The translations under genes and the position numbers were made by a program. DNA of 61,050 bases, filler included, from Squatina squatina (taxonomy: Eukaryota): NCBI GenBank assembly GCA_031763465.1. It is 4 parts of 4 records of this genome, joined end to end, with 100 filler letters (N's around TTAATTAATTAA, not from the genome) between each part and the next. Parts side by side here need not be neighbours in the genome. Positions count along the whole stretch, not along the records: positions 29,002 to 47,443 come from JARFOE010000100.1; positions 47,544 to 61,050 come from JARFOE010000192.1; 2 more parts are not named here. One strand, 5' to 3'. This document shows positions 36,563 to 49,744 of the stretch, one piece after another. Every line of letters begins with the position of its first letter. Position 1 is the stretch's first letter. The notes below the pieces were generated by a model. It saw only the letters and a program-made list of their open reading frames with translations, had not been told where the DNA came from and made no database searches.

Positions 36563-37262
36563 AAGATGTTCAAGGAATCTGGAGAGGAAAAGAAGATTGG
36601 AGATTGAGCAGTAGCTTGCAAAAGATCTCTCAACGTAAAAATTTGCAAATAAACAACTTTGGTGCAATTGCTACTTTTATTAAAAAAAAACAGTTTTAAA
36701 GTTTTGCTGCAGACCTGTACTTAAAATGCAAAATCGGTAGAACATTTATGGTTTCCGACCTAAAATAGGTCATATATCAACACTACTCTATGGCAGAATG
36801 GCACACACATTCACTCCAGTTTGTGGGCTCTTCTTTGCGATAGACTGTGCAAGAGGTGGTCCGATTATTTTCATTTGATTTTACTGATGTCACATAAAAG
36901 CTGGTACCTTCTGTGTTTTGATATTTCCATACAGGGAAGATGCTGAGGCAAAGGGCTGCCCCATCAGATAAAAGGCATTTGAATTAAATAGATTAACACT
37001 GGGAGAAAATCTAATCAAACCCGTCAATAGTCTGGATAATAATGTGTCATGTATATCAATCAACACATCAGATCAATAGTAAGAGTTGAATTACACATAA
37101 ATTGTCCACACACAATGTACACCCAATTTACAACAGTAAATATATTTTACATTTAAATGATTATTAGCTGTTTTAAAACAATTTTAGACACAAAATGTGG
37201 ATCCGTAGCTTCCGTTTTTTTGGCACAACGAGTACCCTCAGATGTCCAAATGGTGTTCCATG

Positions 37263-37327
37263 GCGCATGAAGGGAGGAAAAAGAGTGGAAGGGCTATAGT
37301 GATAGGGGATTCAATTGTAAGGGGAAT
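37263..37327 (+). mobile_element. CR1 ORF1 SGNH-esterase fragment
   Basis: RAIVIGDSIVRG (GDS block I). Confidence 0.7.
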
Positions 37328-37427
37328 NNNNNNNNNNNNNNNNNNNNNNNNNNNNNNNNNNNNNNNNNNNNNNNNNNNNNNNNNNNNNNNNNNNNNNNNN
37401 NNNNNNNNNNNNNNNNNNNNNNNNNNN

Positions 37428-37760
37428 TCGCTGAGCAGAGGCCTGTGTCACCGCTGAAAAATCCAGGCGTTGTCACCGCTGGGTTTAGTGCACACTGACA
37501 CTGTAGAATTTCGGGCGGGCAGCCAATTTCAGGCGGTCAGCCATTTTGGGTGCCGCGCGCATTTATGACGTCATAGCGCTGCAATAAAGTTTCAGCTAGT
37601 GCTTGGAGCCTTAGAGGCCTTGTGCCCGTTTTGCGGCAGCGTGAATGGGCCCCGAATTTTGCTCCCGCACTTGGATGCCTAACATGCAAGTACGCCCGTT
37701 TTCCGCTGATTTCACGCCAAAAGTTTACCCGCGAATTGGGCGCCCTAATTCTTCAGCAGC
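37428..37760. mobile_element. CpG-rich non-autonomous DNA element fragment
   Basis: GC block with gccattttg and gaattgggcgcc, similar in style to 12830 and 49255-49399. Confidence 0.4.
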
Positions 37761-38259
37761 TCACAGCTAAAGGACAGCCAGCCTGCTCTTCTGTGCTTGG
37801 GTGTAGAGGTGTTGAGAGCCTAAATGGAAAAAAAAAGTGATTTTTCAACATGCAAACAAATAATGTATATTTTATTGACGTCAGTAGTAGGTAGATTTGG
37901 AGTATTGTAGAGAGAATATTTCTCGACTAACAGCATTTAGTTTGAATAAAGTACAAATTGTAATCTTGTTTCTATGTAATTTGAATGCATAAATACTTGG
38001 AAAGTCCTCAGGGGGTTAAAAAGCCAATATCAAAATGTGAAGAAGTCATTAGAATTAGACAACACATGCCTTAGGAAAATAGAGCAAGTTTTATGGAAAC
38101 AATTCATTTCATTTAAACTAATGTCTTCTTTTGTAAATGAGAGATGAGGAGTGTGCCACCTGCTGTGAATAGCTATGATGCTGACACTATGAATATGGCA
38201 GCGTCTATTAAAATCCAGCAATGGAGAATTTGGAGCTGGATATGATTCCTAATAGTCAT

Positions 38260-38419
38260 ATGGGTAAATGATGTCGTACATGGTGTAGTATTAAAAGACT
38301 GGAGAGGCCCAGGTTTGATCCCCGGTCTGCGCTGCATGGGCTGATCTCAACTGAGGCAGCAGCTGAGGAACTACTATTGGCCTTGGTGTCCCTGAACTAG
38401 CAAGGCGGGAGTCGGTGGG
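38260..38419 (+). mobile_element. tRNA-derived SINE (LF-SINE-like) fragment
   Basis: B-box-like ccaggtttgatccc followed by gctgatctcaactg; probable reverse homologs near 44443-44500 and 47700-47800. Confidence 0.45.
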
Positions 38420-39486
38420 NNNNNNNNNNNNNNNNNNNNNNNNNNNNNNNNNNNNNNNNNNNNNNNNNNNNNNNNNNNNNNNNNNNNNNNNNNNNNNNNN
38501 NNNNNNNNNNNNNNNNNNNTATTCCCTTTTGTCATCCTCTCCTTTATTGTCTATGTTCTTAATATGTATCTTTTTACTCTTATCTTTTTATTCATCCATG
38601 GTGTTATTTCTACCAAATCCCTCCCCTGTCTTGCTGCTTTTAAGTCTTATCTACAACCCTATTTATTCTTTCCACTAGAACCTTACACTGATGGTAAAAA
38701 TTTGGAATCACGAAACGCCTACCCGAGCAGTACATATTCATGTATGCACTTTTCAAAAGCTGCTTTCCCAGATATTACACCTTTCTTTTAAACTTAGCCT
38801 GTTTCGATGCACTGTTAAATAGACCCATGCAGATTACAGGATTTACTTCTGTCTTTTCAGAGAAGTCTCTTTATCCTCTTCCTGTGCAATGTTTTATCTA
38901 GGCTAGGTGTGTTTCATACCTCAAGCAAATTTCATTAACAGAACATTTACTCTGACCTTTTGAAAAATCTCGCCACCCACCCTTATTTGTTGGTATCTCT
39001 TTATCTTTGGTGCATTTGTATCTTGTAGGGACCACATCAGCACATTCTGTTAGTTTTGGGGGGGTGCACAGGGAATGGAAAGTTGCATTTTTGGCAATAA
39101 GGCTGCTTTTAGTTTTACCATGGCTGCACATTTTCCAAGACAAGTTTAACACAGTTCTAAACAATTTCCTCAAAGCATCAGATGTAATCAGTTAGTAAGG
39201 GGTTATATCTCATGAACTTGAAGGAGGTAACACTTGTTAGAGCCTATAAAATAGCAAAACAATCCAAAGCACTTCAAAATATAGGGAAAAGGGCAAAACA
39301 GACACCAAGCAAGAATTTGAAGAGAAGGGAGGTGACTAAAGGTATGATCAGAACTTAGTTTTGAAGAATCTTTTAAAATAATAATCNNNNNNNNNNNNNN
39401 NNNNNNNNNNNNNNNNNNNNNNNNNNNNNNNNNNNNNNNNNNNNNNNNNNNNNNNNNNNNNNNNNNNNNNNNNNNNNNNNNNNNNN

Positions 39487-39621
39487 GCCTGAAGGAAAAA
39501 AAATTAAAGGGCTATGGGGAAGGAGCAGGGGAGTGGAATTAATTGGATAGCTCTACCAAAGAGCCAGCAGAGGCAAAAGAGGCCAAACGGCCTCCTTCTG
39601 TGCTTATCATTCTATGATTCT
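39487..39621 (+). mobile_element. CR1 LINE 3' UTR and tail
   Basis: gggctatggggaaggagcaggggagtgg...ggcctccttctgtgct...ttctatgattcta. Confidence 0.75.
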
Positions 39622-40769
39622 AACTCGTGAATTGAGTTCATGTTAACGGAGTGTTCTAGTTATTTAAATTCTCATTAATGAGTGATAGCTTACAATAGTT
39701 TCTAATATCACTGAAATGTAGAGATTAAAACTACTGGACAGTGTCTAATTTTGACTGGATTTGGAATTGAGTGGGTTTATCCGAGACAAATTGTTCCACA
39801 GTGATTAGAAACTATTTCAGCAAATATGAGACTCAGAAATCACCTGGAAAGGTATGACAAAAACTTTTCCTGACATGGGAATACAGTGAAAATCAATTAG
39901 ATTATAAATGCCAAATTTTTTTTTTGACAGAAAAGCCTCCTGTATTACAAATTAGACTGGCAATGGATGAGTTTGGAAAAAAAGGAACTGCTTTAAGGTT
40001 GCCATTGCTGAATCCTTCACTAGTTCATCCTAATTACTGTTTGAACTTGCAGTCGGTTTGTGGTAAAAGGAGCATCACGTGAGGACAAAGTGTTAAAGTT
40101 AAATGACTGCACCACAGAATTTTCAGACATCTGTATGATAATGAAATGCTGATATTTTCCACTGGAACAAGCGCATGCACCCAACTGAATGTCAACCGTC
40201 TGCCTTTGTGGTTGGTCCATGCTTAGCTGTCGGTGCTAAAACTTGAATCACTTCAGACTAGTTGTGTAGGCAGATGGTTCAGTCAGACTGTGTGAAATAT
40301 GAATAAATGAAATTGAACTACAGGTAATTTCATTCTCCCGAGCTCATTTTGAATGCGAGAGGAGCCTACAAAGTGCTGGATATACACACCAGCCTGTCAG
40401 CATTGCAACTAGAAAAGACAGTTGAATGTTTCAGATGCAGACTCTCTCTCAAATCTCAGCCAGCATTTGTTTCTTTTTTTTGCCGGATTGTTCTGTTCAG
40501 TTTTTCTTTTAATTCCCCCCTCTTCCAAGTTGGTTTTACATTATTATCATTCATTGATAGTACATCTTCATCTGGTGTGCACATAAATGAGGAAAATCTG
40601 GGACAGTGCAATATCTCATAGTTACTGGGTATTGCAGACTTTTCAGAAATCATCAGTTTTGCACAATATNNNNNNNNNNNNNNNNNNNNNNNNNNNNNNN
40701 NNNNNNNNNNNNNNNNNNNNNNNNNNNNNNNNNNNNNNNNNNNNNNNNNNNNNNNNNNNNNNNNNNNNN

Positions 40770-41160
40770 CGGCTGATCTTCTACCTCAATGCCATTTTCC
40801 TGCACTATCCCCATATCCCTTGATGCCTTTAATATCTAGAAATCTACCAATCTCTGTTTTGAATATACTCAATGACTGAGCCTACACAGCCCTCTGGAGT
40901 AGAGAATTCCAAAGATTCACCACCCTCTGAGTGAAGAAATTTCTCCTCATCTTAATCCTAAATAGCCTATTCCTGATTCTGAAACTGTGTCCCTTGGTTC
41001 TAGACTCTCCAGCCAAGGTAAACATCCTCCCTGTATCTACTCTGTCTATCCCTGTAAGAATTTTGTATGTTTCAATGAGATCCCCTCTCATTCTTCTAAG
41101 CTCTAGAGAATACAGGCTTAGTCTACTCAATCTCTCCTCACAGGGAAATACCCCCATCCC
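40770..41160 (-). mobile_element. CR1 LINE ORF2 C-terminus
   Basis: EERLSRLSLYSLELRRMRGDLIETYKILTGIDRVD...RTKGHS...RNFFTQRVVNLWNSL. Confidence 0.9.
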
Positions 41161-41314
41161 AGGGCACTTACCTTCACATAGAAGGTAAGTGTATTTATAG
41201 GTAACACTTGGTCCATGTGATCTGCTGAACTGGTTTCAATTGCCTGAGGGGGTCAGAGAGGCATTTTCCAGAGTATCTTTTCCCTTATTGGCCCTGGTTT
41301 TTTTTCCTCCTGCA

Positions 41315-41436
41315 GGCGATAGTGGTTGTGCTACTGGACGAGTAATCCAGTGGCCCAGACTAATAGTCCAGAGATGTGAGTTCAAATCCTACCATGACGA
41401 TTTGTGGATTTGAATTCAGTTAATTAAATAAATCTG
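41315..41436 (+). mobile_element. tRNA-headed SINE 5' fragment
   Basis: A-box-like ggcgatagtgg and B-box-like gagttcaaatcc. Confidence 0.5.
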
Positions 41437-43149
41437 GGTGTGCATAAGGTGTGTGGTCATTCTATTCCAGCCATTGTGAGTGTGGGGCAGGCTTGGTTCT
41501 CCCTGGACTATATACCAGATTCAGCCTGGCGGATGGGTGATGTCCTGCTCTATATGTCACTTACCTCGTTACCAGAGGTGAGCCACCAGAGATCAGTCAC
41601 CGCTCTCCACCTGGCACTTTCCTCCAGTGTTGCAGTCGAGATTGGGAAATCCATTCCTGTTGAGAGAATGGAGGGGCCAGACCTATGTCCATGCAGAGAT
41701 CAATTGGAATTCCAATTTGTTATGCACTTCTGGTTTTGTTTTTGTACATCCAACCCTGATTCTCATCCAATCAAAAAAGCAAGTACTTGGTCAAAATAAA
41801 TGAGTGACAGAGGCACAATGGCCTGAAATGGCCTCCTTCTGTACCTAAATTCCTATCAAATGTGCCAGTATTATGCTGTACTCCATTTCTACTACTCCTG
41901 ATAAACAGTTCATAATGAAAGGGTTAACAAAGCAGAGTGTTCCTTCAGCACTCCTAATTAAAACAATGCCGTTAAAGCCGACACAGCATTGCACCATCTA
42001 AGATGTCAATGATTGAAGTAAACCACATTACAGGTCTCTTGGAGGCAGAGGTAACCAAAATTATCACTTGACATTTACACAGATTATTAAAAAAAAACTC
42101 CCACGGAATAGAAAATGACCACCTGAGGGAGGTGCTTTGATGGGCTGAATGACCTTTATTCACCTTTCAGTTTTCTTATATCGTACCAATGTGTACCGAC
42201 AGATTCATTGTGTTAGTTCCAGTAAATGCCATGTAGAAAATGAGCAAGAGCTGCACCAATATATTAAAAAATATTGCACAACTTGCCTCACCTTGTTATT
42301 GATCTGCAACCTGATATTTTTAGGTTATCTAATTGTGAGCCTCCACCTTGCAAGATGATATGCTTAATTGGCTTAGACTTTTTTTGTTATACCATGCATT
42401 TGATAGTCAATAAAAAGGTGCAAAAAAATACTAGTTCTTCAGGTAAGAAGCAATTCATATTTCAAATTGCAACTTAAGTTTGGCAATCAGTTGTTAAAAA
42501 GAATCAATTTCCCACTGATAGGATTATTTCTACATGAATTGTTGAGGTGAGGGTGGTGGTGGAGTAGATTGGCAGCACGCCCAGTTAAATGTGGGCTCTT
42601 TTTTGAATTTCCTTTCTTGCTTTCTAAGTGTACACATCGGAGGTGGAATTCATCTTGGGCTTGTAGCACAAAACGGGCAGTAACAAACCATCAGGTTCAT
42701 GGAAAAGAAAAGCAGGCCAAGTGTTAAACGGNNNNNNNNNNNNNNNNNNNNNNNNNNNNNNNNNNNNNNNNNNNNNNNNNNNNNNNNNNNNNNNNNNNNN
42801 NNNNNNNNNNNNNNNNNNNNNNNNNNNNNNNACCCCAGGGACTGTCTTCAAATTATCTGAACCACATCCCTCCCCAAACATACTATTCCCAATGTTTGCA
42901 CAATGTACAGAATACATCGATGTGTATATCTGTTAGTCGTCTGCAACAAACTGTAAGATTATTTCATTAAATATATGTGCATATTCTTAAAGAAAGTGAA
43001 TGGAAAAAAGAAGACAATGTTATTTTCCTTATAAGAGCATTTTCATTGTCTGTCTTTCTCTGTCTTTTTCTCTTTCTTTTTGTACATTGGACCACAACAT
43101 GTACAGAAGGAATTATCCTCAGGGCCCACTCGTATAACACAAGCACAAG

Positions 43150-43790
43150 TACAGTTTCATGACATGAACTCAGTGTAGGAGGATGTGGCACAGCTAATGG
43201 AGGAAGCACCTGCTGGCCCACCTTACAGAATTCAAAGCCACTATTACAAGATGACAAAAGCGTGCAGATTTCTTTGCCCTACTTGCAGGGAAAAAGTTCT
43301 GTTGCATCAAACTTATGTGGAAGTAAGCATCGGAGACCTACAATCTTCAATTTACTGAAGTGTGGAGAAATTGGAGTCTACTTAGTACAATGCCTTGCTG
43401 AATGTGCATGGGGTTGTGGAACAGCCATAGAAGACATAGGAAGTTCCATTAATAACTCAAATGGAGTCCTGCATTCTCCCTTGGCAGAGATTTAGTCCAG
43501 TCCATGGGTTACATTGACAAGCAGAGGGGCTACGTGTTCTCACAATTGTTTTAACTGATCTAAATATTGAGTTACAGTTAGCTCTGCATCTTGTTTTTGC
43601 TGACATGGATTGAACACATTCAGCTCTGACTGCTGGTTTTGTCCATGTAGTAGAGATGTTTTACAATCTGCTTTGCCTCATGGATTAACAAACATTGCAA
43701 TCTCATCCCCAGTATTCTCAGCCAGCCAGACTAGCTGACTGCAAGGCAAAATCCACTTGAATTTGGAAACCCTTAGGCAGGAGGACAGTT
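43150..43790 (-). pseudogene. Heavily decayed retroviral/LTR integrase-like sequence
   Basis: Scattered minus-strand peptides PKGFQIQVDF, DWTKSLP and TPFELLM resemble integrase core motifs in the correct order, across frameshifts. Confidence 0.3.
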
Positions 43791-44589
43791 ATCTGGTCAG
43801 TGCCATCTGGTCAAATATTAGCTACAGATTATCAGCTGAGTCAACATAAACCAGTGTGCCTTCCAGTGAGACAGCACAAGGCCTTATAACGCCTGAAGCA
43901 GTGGCACTGTCCCATCTATCAGCCCCATTTTGCACTCTGAACATTTCTGTGGCTCCACTGGCAATCTCACCACTGGCAACACTGAAGGGGGACAAATATA
44001 CTTAATCACTGCACATTGAGAAGGAGTAAAGACACACCACAGGGCTAAATACAACAGGGTTTATCAGAGGTTTTTTTTCCCTTTAATTATCTACTGTAAG
44101 TATTGGCTCTTAGCCCAGTAGTACTGCCCAGTAACCATCCAATAATCCAACCAAGTGACCATTATTCTGTTTAATCCTAAGCAGCAGGGTCTATTGTACT
44201 GTGGAGTCCATCACAGCTAAGCCTGATGCACTTCTCATCCAACATTGTCAAGCACATGCGCTTTCCAAAAGAGATTACCAATAGGTGCATGAGGTAGAAA
44301 GCCTAGCTGCCTAGCTCAGGATTGCTGAGCTCATTGTAATACNNNNNNNNNNNNNNNNNNNNNNNNNNNNNNNNNNNNNNNNNNNNNNNNNNNNNNNNNN
44401 NNNNNNNNNNNNNNNNNNNNNNNNNNNNNNNNNNNNNNNNNNTCTGGCTGAGATCAGCATAGACTGGAAATTGATCCTGCAAACTTCTGTTATGTATGGC
44501 TCAGTGCTAGGTTAGCCTTCATCCATTAGGTTATCAGGAAAAGCATGAGAAAAGTACCTTTAGGAGATGAACAATGTTGTTCTCACTAT

Positions 44590-44624
44590 GTTCTGATGAA
44601 GGGTCATCGACCCGAAACGTTAAC
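44590..44624 (+). ncRNA. Minimal type I hammerhead ribozyme motif in a Penelope terminal repeat
   Basis: CUGAUGA (44593-99), helix II GGGUC-auc-GACCC (44601-13), GAAA (44614-17), palindromic ACGU helix III, helix I GUU/AAC. Confidence 0.65.
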
Positions 44625-44727
44625 TCTATTTTTCTCTCCATAGATGCTGCCTGATCTGCTGAGTTTTTCCAGCATCTTTTGTTTATATTCTAGATTCCAG
44701 CATCCGCAGTATTTTGCTTTTGTATTC
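44591..44727 (+). mobile_element. Penelope-like terminal repeat
   Basis: ...cgaaacgttaactct...gatgctgcctga.ctgctgagtttttccagcat...ttccagcatccgcagtattttgctttt. Confidence 0.75.
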
Positions 44728-46979
44728 GTGTTCATTATTATTGGGTGAGGTATAGACTCCATCNNNNNNNNNNCATTTGATATCAAGCCTATTAAAAGAA
44801 ACAACTTTTACTACGTGCCATCTTCACTTGTGGTTATACTAACTGAGAAATGTCAAGGCATTTTATCTGAAGTCTTACTGGTTGCATTGCATATTGGTTT
44901 TTGGAGCTGGCAAGCACCTACAAGTTGACAACAGGATGTAGTTTTCTTCCTGCATTGATGACCACAATGAGGATTATTACTGTTTTTGAGTTTCTGTTGG
45001 TTTTTAGACTTTGCATGTTGATAAGATCGCTTTTAACAGGGTTTAAATAAACTTCACATCCCTGGGTTATTGGCATTTTCTCCTGTTTTAGAGGAAGCAT
45101 ATCCATACAAGGTTGGCACAGATTTTTTTTNNNNNNNNNNNNNNNNNNNNNNNNNNNNNNNNNNNNNNNNNNNNNNNNNNNNNNNNNNNNNNNNNNNNNN
45201 NNNNNNNNNNNNNNNNNNNNNNNNNNNNNNTTCCCGACAATAGTGACAAGACTTGAAAGTGAATTAATTGGCTGTGAACTGCTTTCCTGCAGTCCTGAAA
45301 GGTGCTATATAAATGCAAATTCTTTCTTTTTTACTGGAACCTTAGATATGCCATGTCAAGGGAGGCAATGGTGAGAACAAATAATGCATCCTAATGACAA
45401 AGGAGTACATCTCATTCATGCAAGCACCAAGCAACAATATAGTTTCACATTGATTTAATAGTAGTGGAACTGTTTGAAAATACTCCAAAGTTTTTCTTGG
45501 TTTGCTTTGGTGGGGAAGCAAGGAGGAGAAATGTTGCATTTCCTGAGGAGACTAAATAGGTTGGGTTTCGACCATAATGAAACATGGTGGGAGAGACCAG
45601 CTTACTGAGTCAAATTGACTTTTCTTCTTCGAGGCTTTCTTCGGCCTATGTGCAGACATTACTTTTGGTTCCCTTTTTCCTCTGCTGCCACTTGGAGGAT
45701 CCCACTTGCATTATCAGCACTGAGCCCTCCAGACAGACTGAGAATTGTGACATAGTCACGTGAGATGAAATAGCATCATGTTAAGAAATACGAGGTTAGT
45801 TTCTGATTTGTGTTGCTAGGATTTTCCTTCTGTTATTCAATGTCAACTTGCTTACTCAAAGGTGCAAAATATGGTAAACAACATACCTATGTTATACGTC
45901 AGAAAACTGGGACATCAATGAAGAATTCTACCCCAATTTAATATGACAGTAGTTTGCCATTGCTTGAAGGAAGAATTCTACTGTAAAATCATGGAAAACA
46001 GATTTAGTTAAAAAAAACAAATGTCCATTATCAGACTGAGTGTTTCCTGCATAAAGTTTGCACCTAGTTGGGATAGAGCTGAAAGAGTTCAGAAAAAACC
46101 CCACAGCTCTGCAGTTATGAGATGCCTGTGTTAATGTAGGGCACATGCAGGAGTCCGAAAACTGAGGGGGGGAGTCCCTTCTGCTGCACCATATCCTTTC
46201 CAGCAAACCTAGGCAGGTACTGATCTGCAGATAGAAAGGAAGTGTTTATCAATTAGAAAGTAACACATAGAACTAGACGTATTCTGTTTTAATAGACTTG
46301 TGGTTAGCATATTGTGAAAGTAACTAGCTGGTCAAACACATTCCTTCACCATGTTATGTGTACTATATTATTCAGTGTTAATCGTGCTTTTAATTGTGAT
46401 ATCCAAGTATTAAGGTATCGGATCCCAGCATAGAGAGCTATAGTTGCTGTAATAATGGATTTCCTGTGAGGGAAGTTAATCGGAAGCATTTTAGTAATAA
46501 CATTACAGTGATATTTCAGTTGGATTTTATATGGGCTTTTTATCTTGCCAGGAAAATGTTGCAAGGTGTCTCATTTGCATGCACTGTTCCTGCGAGTCGT
46601 GCAAGGCTTTGGTGGAATCAGATTAACATTGCTGTGCACAAAGCTTGTTTAAACAGTTGGCGATTTAATGCTATCCACTATCAGATACTTCAAAAAATGC
46701 TAAAAAAGACACTTATCGACATGGAGGATTAGATAAGCCAAGGCAGACTATATGAGCAGATGAACCATATAGCTCGTTCAATAGCATAGGTTACAAAGCT
46801 CTGAATGCAACACTAACAGCACAAGGTTGCAAATTAACATTCTTCATGACACAGAGTTACACACCATGCCCGTGTGGCAGTAGATCTGTATAAGTGGTGA
46901 TTTGTACAGGTTGTCCAAATTTAGCAGGAAATTTGCAACTGCTTATGCAACTTGCCCAGGGTTTGTAGAAATTAAGTGG

Positions 46980-47133
46980 GGAGCATTTTAACTTAACCCA
47001 CCAGTCAGGAAACTGACGGGATCTGGTGCAATACTGGTTTTACACCCACCCGATTATTGGGCAGGGTGTAAAACCTGTGTTCCACCTGATCCCATGCATT
47101 TCCCGTCCAGCAAGTTAGGCTAAAATTATCTCC
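46980..47133. mobile_element. Palindromic MITE (about 154 bp hairpin)
   Basis: Paired arms ggagcattttaacttaac / gttaggctaaaattatctcc, gggatc / gatccc and ggttttacaccc / gggtgtaaaacc. Confidence 0.65.
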
Positions 47134-47487
47134 TATATCTCTGTGGGCCATGTGCAAATTTGGAAATTTACCACTTGAATATATATCCTGTCATAACAGC
47201 CTTCTAAATAACAAGTGTCAGTTCAGCACGACTTGAAATTGCCCTTCGGATTGCTAAACCTGGAAGAGGCTGAAAGTGGAATGTTTATAGATTTTACAGT
47301 AAAGGAAGATGAGAGTTCATCTTCCTGCTGTCATTAACCCTATATATTTCGACACTCCAATCCTGCCCACAGCAATTTTGTGAAAAGCAGAATGACGTGA
47401 AATTGTTGGGATTCTTTCAAATGCGGATAGTATACCAACAAATNNNNNNNNNNNNNNNNNNNNNNNNNNNNNNNNNNNNNNNNNNNN

Positions 47488-47499
47488 TTAATTAATTAA
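47488..47499. other. Artificial scaffold linker
   Basis: TTAATTAATTAA in N44 padding. Confidence 0.95.
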
Positions 47500-48146
47500 N
47501 NNNNNNNNNNNNNNNNNNNNNNNNNNNNNNNNNNNNNNNNNNNATGTTTGAGCTGAGATGAGGAGTGTTTTTGAGCTGTTTGACCACATGGGACATCATA
47601 GCTGAGTCGTGATCCTGTGTTCATTTGATCTCTACCCATACCCACTTTACAGCAGGAAGTCAACCAGAAGTGGAAACCCTGACTGTTTTATATCCCTCTA
47701 AGCTGGAGATCATAGAGCTGTTTCAACAGCGGTCAGTTCAGCTGATCAGCACAGACTTGAAACTGAAACTGGGACCTTCCGGGTCTGTGTGGCTCAATAC
47801 CACATCACATTTGCCATCAGTAGAAATTTCAATTCACTCTCTAACATGGGTACTGTTGTAAAACAAAACAGAACATCATATGTGTATAGGTGTGGAAAAA
47901 TTAGCATACTGGCTGTATAACCATATTGGTATTTTCTTTGATAATGTAACATTTTAATACATTGCTTATTTCCACAATTGTATGTGCCTCAGGCACTTTG
48001 TTCAAATGCTGCTCCTTGCCTTGTGATGATCGGGCTACTTGCCAGTATGAGCCTACTTTATTCAAGCTGTTTTTAGTAAATGGTTTAGTGTCACATAAGC
48101 TGTAAAGTAAGTATGGACACAAACCTTTGATTCAAATCACTTATGC

Positions 48147-48740
48147 TTATTCATTTAGTGCAGCTCTTTTTTTCTGTAGGACTTTCATGAGATCTGACAT
48201 AAGGTCTGGCTGGTCCGAAGATCCACCTCCTCCAGGTCTAGATTGGGAGGTCAGTGTGCTATTCCCACTCCTCTGTGGCACGACGGGCCTTTTCACAGCA
48301 TTGATGGTTGGGTTCGAAAGAGCTGGTGGAGGAGGAGGTGGCGGTGGCGGTCCTCCGGAATTGCTGTTGAGGCAAGGGGGAGGAGGCGGCAGAAAATCAG
48401 GAGGTGGTTCTGGAAAATTCTCTGGATCTGGAGGAGGTGGAGGTAAATCTGAAAAGTGAACATTTGATTTTGGTTGATTACTTGCACCTGAATTTTTCCG
48501 TTTGATTAAGGTAGGAGGTGGTGCTGCAGAAGATGTAGCAGATGGAAAATGTCGGGCAGGTGGTGGAGGAGGACCTGAAAGGGTCTTTGGCTTGGATGGC
48601 TCTGCTGGAATTGGAGGAGGGGGAGGTTCAAAGGATGGAGGGGGAGGTGGTAGCTCCTCTTCTTCAAAATGCATGGGTCCTTGATATTCAAATTTAGTAG
48701 GTGGTGGTGGGAGGATGGTATCAGTGTCAGTCGTCTTCTC
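48147..48740 (-). CDS. APBB1IP: APBB1IP/RIAM proline-rich terminal exon
   Basis: Acceptor tttcaattctaAG, phase 0. Multiple LPPPP/FPEPPP motifs; ends DLMSDLMKVLQKKR (human DFMSDLMKALQKKR); TAA. Confidence 0.85.
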   Translation of the reverse strand, partial: EKTTDTDTILPPPPTKFEYQGPMHFEEEELPPPPPSFEPPPPPIPAEPSKPKTLSGPPPPPARHFPSATSSAAPPPTLIKRKNSGASNQPKSNVHFSDLPPPPPDPENFPEPPPDFLPPPPPCLNSNSGGPPPPPPPPPALSNPTINAVKRPVVPQRSGNSTLTSQSRPGGGGSSDQPDLMSDLMKVLQKKRAALNE

Positions 48741-49744
48741 CTTAGAATTGAAAATAAATGTTATTATATGGGTCATAGAGAAAGTGAACATTCATGTAGC
48801 ACACATTGAACCTTTCTCGTTTTCTTAATTTTCTTCTTAAACATTCCAGCTACTGGTCATATTTTCCTGGTTCAGTTAACCAGGGGGCCGAAATTTCCCA
48901 CAACTCTGTATTATATCCTGGGACTAGGTTTGTTATCTGGATTAAAGATGGTAGCACCTTACAGTGGCATTTAAAACAACTTATTAAGACGGAGTCTTAT
49001 GGCAATACAACAAAGTGATGGATTCTGTTTCAATTCCCTGCTCTGCTAAGTTCCTGACCACTAGTGTACAGAGAGCTGGGAGCAACTTTAGGGTTTGCTG
49101 AGGAGCAGGATGCATGCCCCATCCATTCCAGACACGGGGTAGGCATGGGTTAGAGGGGGACCAGCAACAAGAGAAAATCTGGGGAGAAGGAAGAGAATAT
49201 ATTGTTGTCAGAGAGTATATATGAGGCAAAACTGGGGACGGTAACACCTGTGAGGCAGGAGTTCCTGCGCCAGGTGCAGAAGTCCCGCCCCGCATGCTAA
49301 ATCGGGCTCAGCGCCCCCGAGAGTAAGTGGAGCGTTGCGCTCCACTTCCTCTTGGGGGCAGGACTAAGGCGCTCAGCACCTCACATTTTCCAGCGCTATN
49401 NNNNNNNNNNNNNNNNNNNNNNNNNNNNNNNNNNNNNNNNNNNNNNNNNNNNNNNNNNNNNNNNNNNNNNNNNNNNNNNNNNNNNNNNNNNNNNNNNNNT
49501 GAGCTACTGGCCTGAGAGACAGCATTATCAGACATTTGATGTTTCATTCCAAGAAGCCTATAAAGATCTACATCAGTCTGAGAACTGTTACCCACTCTGG
49601 TCTCTGCAGTAAATGAGGAAGCTTTCAGCAAAGAAGGAAGAAACCTTAACATATGGAAATAGTTACTTGCCAGGGGAGTCGCGTAATCAGGGTTATACTC
49701 TGACTCTGTCCAGTGAATAGCGTTTATAAAATTTCACATCTTAC

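Noticed and set aside
36924-36990. Possible short terminal exon GKMLRQRAAPSDKRHLN*
   Set aside because: Only an acceptor-like tract supports it; no homology or partner exon.
48127-48684. Gly-rich plus-strand ORFs
   Set aside because: Antisense reading of the APBB1IP poly-proline exon.
48741-49744. APBB1IP lacking PH-domain exons as a novel short isoform
   Set aside because: A 100-N gap at 49400-49499 can hide the missing exons.
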